Shown here: positions 13,263 through 25,842 of the stretch, in pieces
How the letters are laid out: each line of letters begins with the position of its first letter
Numbering within the stretch: the first letter of the stretch is position 1
Notes under the pieces: generated by a model
Database searches by the model: none
Told to the model about the DNA's origin: nothing
The model's input: only the letters and a program-made list of their open reading frames with translations
Position numbers and translations under genes: made by a program
From: Tubiluchus corallicola
Lineage: Eukaryota; Animalia; Priapulida
Direction: 5' to 3'
Assembly: GCA_030141605.1 (NCBI GenBank)
Contig: JAQGDQ010000330.1
Span: forward strand, 186,001 to 250,000
DNA length: 64,000 nt

Positions 13263-14496
13263 TTTGTTAATTTAATTAATTTAACTGTAACTTCGAGAGT
13301 CTCTGGGTACTGATTCGTTGACAAGTAACAGTCAGCTTTTTGTTGTAATTACTATGTATACATTAATTAGAATGTCTGAAAGCAACTGTTTGCACAAATT
13401 CGAGCAAAAACATGTGGTGGATTCATGGACACTCGGAGGGCAATTACAACCAAAATAGCCCACGAAAGCAAAGCATGTGGAAAACGATATCACACCCAAC
13501 AACTAACCGCTCTCTTTGCTAAAAGCACCTTCATTTTGTTCCAGCGAGAAGGCCGCTTGCTTATGCCATTGCAACCTATTTCTGTAAAATACACTATTCT
13601 AGGGTGACTAGACACACACTTCTTATGTTATCTGCCATATTGAATAACTCGGAAGCTTTCTAGCTGTTAATTTGAGCTAAGCGCTGGTATATGCGAGGCA
13701 CAGCTACCTTCAGGGTTGCACGGTGTACGGTGTACCACAGGGCGTGACTTTGGCGCCGTTATTGTTTGCGATTTACATAAAGGCAATTTGAGATTGCTTT
13801 CTACTTTTCAGCAAATTGAAAACATTGAATTGCTCATATTGCTCTGACAGCCAAGTCGAGCTCTGCCCACAAACCAAGTTGATAGATCTTTTGCTATTGT
13901 GCATTAATTTAATTACTTGTCTGTCAAATTAGATTACATTCAAGTTTACGCGTCGATTTTCGTCGTTTCATTTTTCTTCATAATTAACATTCGGCCATCT
14001 TGAAAACATGTCAAAGCAAAAGAAACCACGTGACCGTAAATGAAGAGACGAGAGGTCCGTGTTATGAATGCCACTTTAACAGGCTAATGCTAAAATCAAT
14101 ACCCGCTTCGATTTCAATAGAGACGCTGTCGTTTAGATTCATATAAATTCTCAAGAACTTGTTAGACTCGTAAAAAGGGATTTAAAACTGCTTTGGTCGT
14201 GTGAGACGACAAGTCTGTTTGTAAGCATGTATAGGCAAAGCGAATCTGCTGTTTTCTGGTAAGGCTGTACTGCCTGGAATCTTTGCTACGTTTCTTAGAA
14301 AAGCAACCAGTGTCTTTAGATGATGTTGACCAGTGGCTTGCTTCGTCTGTTTACTGTTTAGCAGGACAATTCTTCAAGCGAGATACAAGAACAATCGTGT
14401 CTTATTTCGTGACAGAGCTGCTTATGGAATGTAACACAACTGTACTCACTAAATTACGTCTGTAGTTTCCCAAATTCAAAAATGCGTCGAGGTTAA

Positions 14497-15057
14497 AGAA
14501 AGGTCAAGCCTTGTGGGAGTTAAACTCAGTTCTGTGACTTCAAAAATGTTAGTATTCAGTAATAAAAGTGTGGTAAGCGCCTCGTGTAATTAGTAAAATC
14601 ACTTTCAAGTCGCGATCATTTCACGTTTGACCGCTTCCATTTGAATACCCATTTTTCCACCAATGACGTCATTTTGAATGCTCATTTTTCCACCAATGAC
14701 TTTGTTATTCGGCATAAGAATAGCAACCCACTGTCAATTTTCGTCTAAAGTAGAACAAGTTTTTAGAAAAATATATAGCTAATTGTGTGATATTTTGCAT
14801 GAAAATTATGTCTGAATTAGTTCAAGCAGTGCGCGCTTACGAAAAGTCACGAAGTCCACCAGTAACGTTTTAAGTAAATGGCGATAACCACCGTGCGCAG
14901 CAGTAGTAGTGTAATTCCCTCACAGTAGTAGCATAGATAAACTTTATACTTTGTAGACAAAGCTTTTATTGCTTTTTGCAAAGCTCTTTTTCATAGTTTT
15001 CCAAGTTTTAGTAATCATAGTAAAGTAAACCCAATATGCTAAGTGTAATCTTTTCCT
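14497..15057 (+). mobile_element. MITE family C (Kolobok-like, TTAA TSD)
   Basis: TTAA|AGAAAGG ... CTTTTCCT|TTAA. Homologs at 37755-38253 and 56457-57159. Confidence 0.8.
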
Positions 15058-15475
15058 TTAATTTTAACTTCAACTTCAAGATACAAGTCACCTTTACACA
15101 GCTATAAACACAAAAAATATTTATGCGTTTTTCATTCAAAATAAATGCAAAACAATAAAATGTAATCAACGTGACTCGAAATTTAGAAATATTTCAAATG
15201 AGTTTGACTTTAGTATAATAAGAAGCCAATTAACTAAACATTTAAAATGAGATGCTTAAATTCTTCCGATGACCGCGGAGATTTAGAAAAAAGGGAACTG
15301 GAAAGACAGAGAGAAGGAACGCAGGAAAAATATGGAAAAGAATAAAAAAAGAGCAAAGAAACAGATTTTTAAATGCACGTTCGCGTATATGAATGTACAT
15401 AGCAGGAAGTGAACCGAACGAGCGAACGAACAAAGGAATGAATGAATAAGTAAATAACGGAGTAAATGAGCGAAC

Positions 15476-15945
15476 GAACGAACGAACGATTGACTAAATG
15501 AATGAATGAACGAACGAATGCATAAATGGATTGATGGATGGGTGGATTGATAAATAAAAGAATAAATGAAAAAATGAATGAAAGAACGAACGAACGAACA
15601 AACGAGCGCAGGTACGAAGGAACGAACGAACGAATGAACGATTGACTAAATGAATGAATGAACGAACGAATGCATAAATGGATTGATGGATGGGTGGATT
15701 GATAAATAAAAGAATAAACGAAAAAATGAATGAAAGAACGAGCGAACGAACAAACGAGCGCAGGTACGAAGGAACGAACGAACGAATGAACGATTGACTA
15801 AATGAATGAATGAACGAACGAATGCATAAATGGATTGATGGATGGGTGGATTGATAAATAAAAGAATAAATGAAGAAATGAATGAACGAACGAACGAACA
15901 AACGAGCGAAGGTACGAAGGAACCAACGAACGAACGAACAAATGA
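15476..15945. repeat. 152-bp tandem repeat x3 built from tetranucleotide microsatellites
   Basis: TTGACTAAATG recurs at 15490, 15642 and 15794. Confidence 0.92.
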
Positions 15946-16241
15946 ACGAATAGACAGTTTGAGAGGCCGACGAATAAATGAACGAACGACCAAAAAGTGA
16001 GAAAAGCCAGATCTGATTACTCCTAGATCCTTGGAAATGATTTCTTAATGAAAGTTGACATTTAAATGAAAACAGTTGAATGATAGGAATGCAAGCACAT
16101 TAGAGGAAAGCTAACAGCTCAGTAATGAAATATATCATGTATCAGTAAATTGTTTACAAACTGTATGTAAAGTCGTGCAACTGAAAATAAACTTTCCTTA
16201 CCAGGAGAGTTATGACACACCACTCTTTCTTGCTTCCCCAG

Positions 16242-16248
<7 letters not shown>

Positions 16249-16331
<83 letters not shown>

Positions 16332-16720
16332 CCCTTCTCTCTCTCTCTCTCTCTTTCTCTCTTCCCCCTTCTCTCTCTCTCTCTCTTTCTCTCCTTCTTC
16401 CCCCTTCTCTCTCTCTCTCTCTCTTTCTCTTCCCCTTCTCTCTCTCTCTTTCACTCTCTCTATTCCTCGCTCTTTTCCTTTCTCCCCGTCCACTCTCTCT
16501 ATCTCTTTCTTAATCTGCCTGCTCCTCTTTCTCTTTCTTTTAGTTCTAATTCCGTTTTCATTGAATCCTGATTTTCTCTCTCGTTCTGCTTCTTTTCTTG
16601 CTTCTCTCCTCTCTCTCTCTCCCTCTCTCTCTCTGTATCTCTCTCTCTCTCTGTATCTCTTTCTCTCCCCCTCTCTCCCTTTCTATCCTCTATCCTTCCT
16701 ATCCCCTTCCTCATTCTCGA
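16249..16720. repeat. (CT)n polypyrimidine microsatellite
   Basis: Direct reading. Confidence 0.95.
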
Positions 16721-16934
16721 GCCTAATCTATCTCTTCCAAACCCTGACGTTAGATTTTTCACCTCTTGCGCTTTAAGATTATTCTGACAGAAATAGTCAC
16801 TGGGTTCCCCGACAAAATAAGACAAAGTTGTAAAAGCACTCAGCAGTCGTGCTCCTTGGAGCATCACACGAGCTTTGAGCATTAATTTATCTACAAGCAC
16901 GTCGTTACTAACACAAAACCTCTAAGGACTAAAG

Positions 16935-17179
16935 TCAGTGACTTGTTAGACGAAAAGAGAGATGATTTATGGTCCAATGAACAAAACACAGGCGCCAACT
17001 CTTACAGCAAAATAAGACAAATGTTCTCGCTCCAGAAATGCTCTTCATAGTAAGGCTATAATTTTCACTGTTTATTTTCTGCTGATCAAATTCATCATTT
17101 TTGCAGGAGAGCAATTTGCAAGAGGTAATATACCAGAAAGGCAATTTTTCCAACCACCGTGCAGCTATTTTGCATTTCA
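16935..17179 (-). CDS. Possible exon 2 of a small secreted protein
   Basis: CAG acceptor in phase 1 gives an open frame (VKCKIAARWLEKLPFWYITSCKLLSC...) when joined to the 18759-18825 exon. No recognisable domain and a weak pyrimidine tract. Confidence 0.2.
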
Positions 17180-17192
17180 CTGAGTTGTGTTA

Positions 17193-17445
17193 ACCGTTAC
17201 GTTCAAACAAACGAATTTTCATGTCGGCAAGTTACTGCAAACTCCGATAGTTGCTGCGAGTCGAGTTACTGTCTAGTGTGAACGCCTAGGTGAGTTACTC
17301 TTCACTCTTCTCGCAGGGAAGAGAGAACGGATTGTTAGCTCGTGCTTACATTTAGAGAGTAACTCGCAGCAAGCTTTACTTTCTAGTCTGAACACATTTG
17401 CGAGTTACTTGACGAATTAACTTGGCTAGTCTGAACTCGCCGTTA
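17193..17445 (+). mobile_element. Dispersed repeat family D (PIF/Harbinger-like MITE)
   Basis: Internal TAGT(C/G)TGAAC repeats. Homologous to about 51520-51845. Confidence 0.55.
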
Positions 17446-17641
17446 TACTACAAATGTTAACATTCCAGGATGAAATAAAAATCTAATGTTGACAATCGTG
17501 ACATTGAAGAAAACCGTTCATTTTGCAGAAATTTTCATATTTTGTGAGAAATTTTTTGGATTTTCTCACAAAAGCATTCATGTTGTTTAATAAAATCATA
17601 GAAATTTGCAGGGCGAGTCAAGACTTTACGACGCCCTAGCT

Positions 17642-18036
17642 CAGGGGTGTGCAAACTGCGGTCCGCGAAGAGGTTTGTCAACGTAATGAAAGTGCGGCCC
17701 TAGCGATCCAGCTGAAGTCTGCACCAATATCGCACAGATAGTGCGGGTAGTTTTTTCGTCTAGATAGGATGGCATTAACCCTTACACAAGACCGTTGTCA
17801 CTTAATGTTACTGTCGGACATGACGAAATATATAGTTTTTAATATGAATTTTAATAACTTCTAAAATAGTTTCTTGAGTGTAGTAGTGCAGTAGTAATGA
17901 TGTGCGCAAATCGGATGCAAAAAAATCGTTATTAGGTCCTACTGGACTTGGCTCCTTGATCAAACTGCATGTGGCCCACAGGAATTGCGGGAATGCTTAA
18001 TGTGGCCCGGCTAATCAGATAATTTGCACACCCCTG
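17642..18036. mobile_element. hAT-type MITE, 395 bp, 8-bp TSD CCCTAGCT
   Basis: TIR CAGGGGTGTGCAAA/TTTGCACACCCCTG. Identical TSD at 17634-17641 and 18037-18044. Confidence 0.95.
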
Positions 18037-18758
18037 CCCTAGCTGATACTTCTGTTCCGCCCATTTCTATTGTGAATTTATGTAATGAGAAGATTAAATA
18101 ATTACTTGTGGTGTATTAGAAACTCTATTAAGCTAGTTTCTATGTTTTCATTATTAATTACATGCGTTTGCACATCGCTTAAATTCAAGCAGGCTGCGCA
18201 ACTGCTTGTTGTGTAATACCCTGTACCTGTTTGTTATCTGGTATTTATATCAAAACCGCTCAGTAACTACCTGTGGTGTGTTATAAAATGCGCCCTTTAC
18301 ATGAATATGAAAGCATACACATTTTCCGAGGAGAATAAGATTTTTTCCAAAATGTCGCGCCCTTCAAACTTTGGCACCCTAGTTAGCGTATTGGTTAATA
18401 CGCCCCTGGAAATTTGTATCTTTGTGGCTTCTGTTATAGAATTCATTTTATGATTGCTATAACTCGATTAATGTGTGCGTTCACAGTGGACTTATTTGGT
18501 AAAATTTATTATTTTCTTTCCTAAAGTTTCAAGATGGCATAAAAGGATACCAGTGAGATGTGCTTATATTAATGTACGAATTTTACGCTAATAAATAAAT
18601 GTTCTGAATGTACTATAACTGTGTACATACGAATTTTGTGTTTTAACGATTGTAATTAGTTTATTAATACATTAAAATGATGTTGAACTTTAACATAAAT
18701 ACCAGAATACTTTTGCCGTTAATTAGATAGTAGAAAACAAAGAAGTCATAGGTCTTAC

Positions 18759-18825
18759 CTTTATTTACAAATAGGCAAACAAGAAGCAGCAGCAGAAAGT
18801 AAAAGTCAATAGCGGTAATCTTCAT
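18759..18825 (-). CDS. Possible signal-peptide exon MKITAIDFYFLLLLLVCLFVNK
   Basis: AAAATGAAG start context, hydrophobic core, strong AG|GTAAGA donor in phase 1. Confidence 0.4.
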
Positions 18826-19199
18826 TTTTTACTTTTCCTAAATCATCACGACCTTGATCTGCAAAAATCACCTTGCTTGGAGCTTATACCAGAACAAACT
18901 TTCTTCCATGTGTTTTGCATGTACAAGCCTCAGCTTTGGGACATGTTGTAGGCCGCTTACGCTTGTCCCAACACGGCTTCAAATAAACTGGCTTCAGCAG
19001 CGGGGTCCGGCTTCGTAAGCCGAATCATTATCAGCGGGGGATGTAACTGGAGCCGGAAAAGGAAATCTAATTAGTGCCTCGTGCCACCAGAAAACCATCA
19101 ATTTTAAGGGTGACCGGAAATGACCAAGAGAGAATTTCAAGGGTTCATGTGATACACACACGGCAACATTGATGATGATGACGAAAACGATCACTAACT

Positions 19200-19236
19200 T
19201 CTACAACAACAATGACTACAACTATAATGCAAAGTA

Positions 19237-19276
<40 letters not shown>

Positions 19277-19626
19277 CAGCAACAACAACAACAACAACAA
19301 CTGCCGCTGCCAACGCCACCACTACCACAGCAGTAGCAGCAGCAGCAACACCAACACCACCAACACCACCAACAACAACAGCAACCGCAACAGGACAACA
19401 ACAGCAACAGGACAACAACAGCAACAGCAACAGCAGCAACAACAACAACCGCAAGCCACCACCACCGTCACTGCTACTGTGGCAGCAACAGCAACAACAA
19501 CAACAGCAACACAACAGCTGTAGCAGCAGCAGCAGCAACGATCACCGCCACTGCCACTGTCACCGCCATCATCACCGCCACTGCAGCAGCAACAGAAACA
19601 CCAACACCAACAGCAACAACACCATC

Positions 19627-19693
<67 letters not shown>

Positions 19694-19720
19694 CAACAGC
19701 TGTAGCGGCAATGACAGCAT
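19200..19720. repeat. Compound (CAG)n/(CAA)n microsatellite
   Basis: Direct reading. Confidence 0.95.
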
Positions 19721-20259
19721 AAACGAAAATAACAAGAAATTTGGAAAAAATCAGAATGTTTAAGAGATTTCACATATCACCCTAATTGCCTCTCCGACTA
19801 GCTGATTTTGCAAGCGGGAAATATTTATTTAAGAGAACCGCTTATCCACACACGAAAATCTTCAACAAAATGTTAGTCTGGCAACGCGCTACTCGTTTCA
19901 GGTTGTAGCTGCAACTTATGTTGCTTCTACGCCACTCTAAATGGTGTGGTAAAAATATAACTCCATTAGAAACAGTTTTCATGTGCTTTTGATTAGTTGT
20001 TACCCTGGGTGTCGATCAACAAGATGGGAAACCTTGTGAGGTGTTCATTTGAAACGTGTAAAAACTACTTAACTTCAACCTGCTGATAGCCGAGAGAGAA
20101 TTTCTTGAAAAATAAAAAAAAGATCTTGTTGAACGGCCTAATTTTTTATTCCAGATTCTAACGTTTGTTCGTATAAACTTTAACGGTTACTGCAGACAGT
20201 ATCTTTGAAACAAGAGTAATTAGAGCAAAACCGGACCCAATCTTAAACTGTAGGTCAAA

Positions 20260-20339
20260 AACCTAGCCACTGGAGGGGGGGCAAGCCAGCCCAACTCAGT
20301 GCCGGTCCCTAGCCCGGATAAATAGGGAGGGTTAGGGTC
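20260..20339 (+). ncRNA. Twister ribozyme (3' cleavage-product form, lacking the 5' strand of P1)
   Basis: AA-CCTA-GCC-[P3 hairpin]-GCCGG-TCCCTAGC-CCGG-ATAAA-TAGG-GAGGG. This matches the known P1-type twister core AA-CACU-GCC-AAU-GCCGGUCCCAAGCCCGG-AUAAA-AGUG-GAGGG, with compensatory P2 pairing CCTA/TAGG. Confidence 0.85.
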
Positions 20340-20752
20340 AGGAAGGGCATCCGCCTGTAAAAACTGCGCCAAAACCTTCTATGAACGAGTCAGTGAGACT
20401 TAAAGGTAAAGCCCACAAAGAAGTGGTCAGACCCGCTCTAATCTATGGGCTGGAAGCAGTTACTCTAAAGAAGACCGAAGAGAAGAAAATGGGTGTGGTG
20501 GAGATGAGGATGTGGAGATGGATGGTGGGAATAACAAGAAGAGATAAAATTAGAAATAATAATATCAGAGGAACAGTAAAAGTAGTGGAAGCCTCGCAAG
20601 ATTGCGATGGTATGGACACCTGAAAAGAAGAGTCGGTGAAGATCTTGTGGGAATTGAAGACATAATTGAAGAGATGGTCAACAACAGGAATGCGTGGAGA
20701 AGACTCATTCACAACGGCGACCCCGCATAGGGAAAAGCTGGGAAGAAGAAGA
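20260..20752 (+). mobile_element. Short internally deleted RTE (Expander/Rex3-like) retroelement with (GAA)n tail
   Basis: 5' UTR motif AGGAAGGGCATCCG; RTE post-RT peptide LKGKAHKEVVRPALIYGLE...EMRMWRWMVGITRRDKIRN; 3' end GGCGACCCC...GGGAAAAGCTGG(GAA)n. Confidence 0.9.
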
Positions 20753-21529
20753 CTATATTTTCAAAAATAACTTTCGTAAAAAAAATTATTACCACACAAA
20801 CACAGTTTCTTCACTGTTACTGCATCTCGTCATTTGCTAGTTAGACGGGCGCGAGCGCCTGTATTTCCGAAATGCGTTGCACAAAAAAGGTGCTGCACCT
20901 CTCAGTTCAAGTGTTAGTTTGTGAACTACACACCTTCTTGCGTGAACTACAGCTCATGTATGAGCACAGAGGTAAATTTGAAATTTGAATTTTTGTCTTA
21001 AAGCTTGGCGAGTTTTAGTATCACTGTTTTGAATTTTCGCTTCTGCAAACGTGTGTAACACGTGGAATATTTTTCCTGTCGAAAATTATGTTAGTTTGTG
21101 ATGTCATCGATAGTTTTGGGATGACCCGCCCTCAATAAAGTTTACAATCTATTATTTAATTATCAGAAACGCTTTCGCAGTATTAATTGTGTTAAAATGT
21201 ATACTTTTCGCCGTACTTGCAAATGGGGTAGTATGTAAAAAATCATCTAGTCTTCCTTGAAGAAAACCGTTTACACCTATAGGCGTATAGTATATAGGCC
21301 TATAGGTGTAAACAGTTTTTATAATCTCTTGTTCTTAATCTGTAGGCCTCCAGACTATGGGCAGGAGATTAAATATAACAAGGTGTCACAATGACACGCA
21401 ATATTTCAGTTATTGAAGCCAGCGGGATAAGATTGACATCACGGTAGGTAAGCAAACCGGTAGAAAAATAACAACCACTGAGTGTTAGGCACGGTTTTAA
21501 AGCATAAGAAAACCCTCCAGTTACATAAA

Positions 21530-22160
21530 GCTTAAAAAAATTCGTCTTGAATACCATTTACTTACTGCCTTTTGCCATACAGGGTTTGTTTCGACAGTAA
21601 CGCTGTATAAAACTTGTAAATTTAAACTGTCGTGATAACCGTTAGGCGCAACCATTTTAATGGTAGGTCGTTTGAATTAAATTTTGATAACATTGCGTAA
21701 AGTTTAAAAAAGAATCAGAACATTCGTAGCGTACATGTAGCCTAATTAAGTAAAATTTTAAATTACTGTATCTTGTCAATAAGATTAAAAATAGGTTTTT
21801 GGTTAGTGAGTGGCGCACCCTGGAGGGTGAGTCAGCGACATTTTACCAACTGGTACAAACATTTTAAATTATCATTCCTAGTTTCATGAGTCTTTCCAGC
21901 AGGTAAGCAAAATGTTAAGTAATATAGATTTACACGGAAAGTTTTTGGGATATAATTTAACATTTCCTTTTCTTCCCTTGATTTATGTTTGCGTAGTGAC
22001 GTCATGTAATGGCACCATCGGTACAGTATCGCGGGAGATTTAAAATGAAAACAAACAAAAATTCATTTTAACGCAAATACGATCAAATTCCTGTGAAGCA
22101 GTGTAATTTTTTAAAGCGAATTTTCTGAAACCTACTTCAGGTGCCCCTTTTCTTGTCCTT
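21530..22160 (+). mobile_element. MITE family B copy
   Basis: Inverted homolog of 7484-8047 and direct homolog of 42759-43454. Confidence 0.8.
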
Positions 22161-22277
22161 GTAACTAACAGAAATGTTTTGCACAAGGAGATTGTTCATA
22201 GGCGGTGCAAGTTTTCTATTATAAATTTTCTACATTAAAAAGATAAAATATCTTAACATAAAAATAATAGCCAGCAT

Positions 22278-22580
22278 TTTAGCAAAGACATGGATTTTAT
22301 TCAGACACAACATTTGCAGTATTTTGACACAATTAAGGTCATACTTGCGCAACATTCTAAATAAATAAAAATCCAAGTATTTAGCAAAGACATGGATTTT
22401 ATTCAGACACAACATTTGCAGTATTTTGACAAAATTAAGGTCATGCTTGCGCAACATTCCAACTAAATAGAAAATCCAGGTATTTAGCAAAGACATGGAT
22501 TTTATTCAGACACAACATTTGCAGTATTTTGACACAATTAAGGTCATGTTTCTGCAACAATCCAACTAAATAAAAATACA
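22278..22580. repeat. ~102-bp tandem repeat x3
   Basis: AGCAAAGACATGG recurs at 22281, 22383 and 22486. Confidence 0.92.
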
Positions 22581-23693
22581 GTGTAAAAATAATGGGTACA
22601 AAAGTCAACATTGTGACAAGCAAATATTTTGTATTATTATTTTAATGCTGTATATATATCAACGTTTTCGTAAGAAAATTATTAGTATGAAAAAAATTTT
22701 TAATTGCTATTAGATTTCCAACATGATCAACCATAATTACCTCTATAAAGTTGTTTCTCAATAATTGTTCAACCAGCCTATTAAGATATAACATATTACA
22801 CGTTAAAGGAAAAACGAACGATTCAATAACACGAGTTCAGAATAAAGAATGCTCTAAAATATTGAAAACTGTAATAGCTTTTCTTAAATCAAAGCTTAGA
22901 TTAGATAATAATTACCTCAGATACTCAAATTTGATTAAACTTTCAAAGCTGCACGCGGCTCAGTGAATCTACTAAGATTGGCAACGGCGCCTTTTTGTCA
23001 CATTTGCGTGGCCGACAAATAGAAGGTGGTACCGTTATAAACATGATCATGAACTGCAGTGTTAGTTTCTGACGTCATATGACGTAGAGCCCATTTTCGT
23101 GACATCACGCATTTAAGCAGTAACACTTGAGCAAACGTGCTTGACGCGCAAGGGAAGACGCCTGCCATTGCACAAACTGTGGTAATTTCTGACGTAAGCA
23201 ATAGCTGTGTTCGGTTGCCGTTAATTAACTTTCTAAGCTGATTCAAATGTAAGAAACAATTGCTAACTTCTGTAGGCAAGAAAATGTATATTTTGGACAG
23301 TAAATTAAAATGATGTTGAGTCTAAACAATCACCCGGTTTTCCTTTAAGAAATAATTAGGTAAAGTTTAAATTTTTCAACCGCTACTGCAGTCTTCGTCA
23401 ATTAATCACAAGTGCATTTAAAAACTAACAATCTCAGTCTACTTAGGGTTAGATCAGGGTTAACAATGGATTTCAGATGTTTTTACATAAAGCTCCAAAA
23501 GATGGCGCAGCTATACAGCGCCTCACAGCCTTCTTCTAAGGTTAATATTACACAAAAAAATATACGAACAAAATACCTTAATCCTTGGAAACTACCTCAC
23601 GGATATTACATGCACTTATGCAAAAACGCCAAAACTTTACGACATTTCCTTAGATTATTCAAAATATATAAAAATTTCAAATCAGCAAGTCAA

Positions 23694-24638
23694 AAAAATC
23701 ATTGTAGATAGGTAATTATCGTTTAAATTAAGCAGTTTGAAGATTTACAAAAACACAGTTTCAAGACAAGTATAATCTGATCTATTTTCACGTGTTCTTT
23801 TCTCTTACACAAATAGTTTTAAACCTGAAGTCATGGTCTTAAGATGTTAGCGATAAATCTTTTTATTTGTAAATAAATATAATATACATGAATACGTAAA
23901 TATATACAAGGCCTCTGCTCGAAGGCCAAAAAATCAGTGCTGAAAAAGTCGTATGACACTACTGTTTAAATTTACAGTGGCTACTCTATATGTCCACCAT
24001 TTTCTATGCACCTGCTGAAAGAAGTTTCTCCCAGCAGCTGAGATGGCTTCTCACTTCTTACGGAGGTATTGGGGCCCAACAGTCGACACGTTTTGTCTCT
24101 GTATCAAATGGCATGCGGATCAAACATCAAACGGCTCTGTGCAGATGTGGCGCACTTTTGTCTTGAAGGGAATCTCTTATATTGAAATAAATCTTCCGAA
24201 TCACGGCATCTGGAATTCCCTTAAAGATAAAAGTGAATCAGCCGTTTGATGCAGAGGCAAAACAGTCTTTAAATAAGTGAAAAACTGTGTCAGCTGTTAG
24301 AAGAAACGTCTTCCCTTTGGTTACATTGAAAATGGCGGACACATAGAGTAGTTACTGTAAATTTAAACAATAGCGACATGCGATTTTTTCAGCACTGATT
24401 TTTTGACCACCGAGCAGAGGCCTTGTATATATTTACGTATTCATGTATATTATATTTATTTACAAATAAGAAGATTTATCGTTAACATCTTAAGACCATG
24501 ACTTCAGGTTTAGAACTATTTGTGTAAGAGAAAAGAACACGTGAAAATAGATCAGATTATACTTGTCTTGAAACTGTGTTTTTGTAAATCTGCAAACTGC
24601 TTAATTTAAACGATAATTACCTATCTACAATGATTTTT
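23694..24638. repeat. 945-bp palindrome (long inverted repeat)
   Basis: 23694-23906 is the reverse complement of 24426-24638 with about 4 mismatches. More diverged inner arms continue almost to the centre (~24190). Confidence 0.95.
23907..24425. mobile_element. Palindromic TA-flanked MITE at the core of the large palindrome
   Basis: TA|CAAGGCCTCTGCTCG ... CGAGCAGAGGCCTTG|TA, with imperfect long arms. Confidence 0.6.
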
Positions 24639-25842
24639 ACTCCTTTTAGTTAATAGTGAAGTCATTCATTGGTGGAGAGTACCACTCTTGCCTTCACACT
24701 TGAAATTATACTAGAGTACGTAAACTATGTGCAGATAGAACTGTATCCATGGTGATTGTTGCAGGTACAAATGTTTTGGTCCATAACCACCTCCCAAGGA
24801 AGTATATGCATTGGAAGCCACAACAGACTGTAGTTCAACAAGCTAGACTACTTTTTCTACCTTGACATTGTATAGGTGGAAGTTATTATGTACACACGTC
24901 TCTGTTACATTTAAAATTTGACTTATAATTATACTGCTACCTTTTACTGACATTCTGGCTTTTTCTCGACTCAATATTGGACCAACAATGTATGTATACA
25001 TTTTTAGCTTTTTAGTGTAACGTAGTAATCTGTAGCACTTATTTTTCTAGCACTTATTTCAGTGGTTTTGTAGAGGCAGTAATTGTAGACTACAGAAAAT
25101 TTGTACTTTTTGCAGAATAAACTAACATAGATATGGGAACGCAACTTTGGTTTGAGCGTATACATTACACTGGCATTGAGTGCTTTTATTGTAGTTTTAT
25201 TGTTTTATATGTATGTAGAGTATGTAATGTATGTATAGAGCATGTTTTATATGTGTGTAAAATTTAAAAATTTTAAAACCTGGAGAATTTTTTACACTGG
25301 TGACTGTGAATTCAAAACCCTCTATCATTCTATGTGCTTACATAGTTTGGTTAGAATTTCTGAATTCGAATAAGATGGTTGTCATCGACGATACAGCTGA
25401 GATCTCGAGAACCTCCTATGTTCCAAACAAACGTCTCCACGCCTATAATACATGCAGAAATCATTAAACATGATAGCGTATCGTCGCTTAGTGTAGGTAG
25501 TTATGTGAATGTGGTACTATGTGTTCGGTGTTAAAATAAAAATAGCTAAATAGGGAAGGATATACAGTGTAGATAGCAGAGCACAAGTGAATTAAAAATG
25601 AGATGCTATACAACAAGTAATTGCCATAGAAAACACAATGAGTTGTTTGAAAACTATTAAAACATTTACCAGTAATACCTTATCAACATTACATAAAGCC
25701 AGATTATCATTTTAGTACTAAATCATTCAGAATGTAACGTAATCCATATCTTTCATGCTAACTAGTACTTTAAACAACATGATTATTAATCTATTTTAAT
25801 GGTAAATAAAGATAGTTTTTTTATATATATATATTTAATAAT

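Larger units (their letters stand above)
20224..21258 (+). mobile_element. MITE family A copy interrupted by an RTE element
   Basis: AGCAAAACCGGACCCAATCTTAAACTGTAGGTCAAAA, then the insertion, then homology resumes at CTAT...TTCAAAAA (20753). Confidence 0.85.

Noticed and set aside
18994-19194. ORF IVFVIIINVAV... as the next vWA exon
   Set aside because: It is phase-compatible, but its start derives from the edge of a trinucleotide repeat, it lies beyond a better-fitting candidate at 26258, and the remainder is not vWA-like. Not fully excluded.
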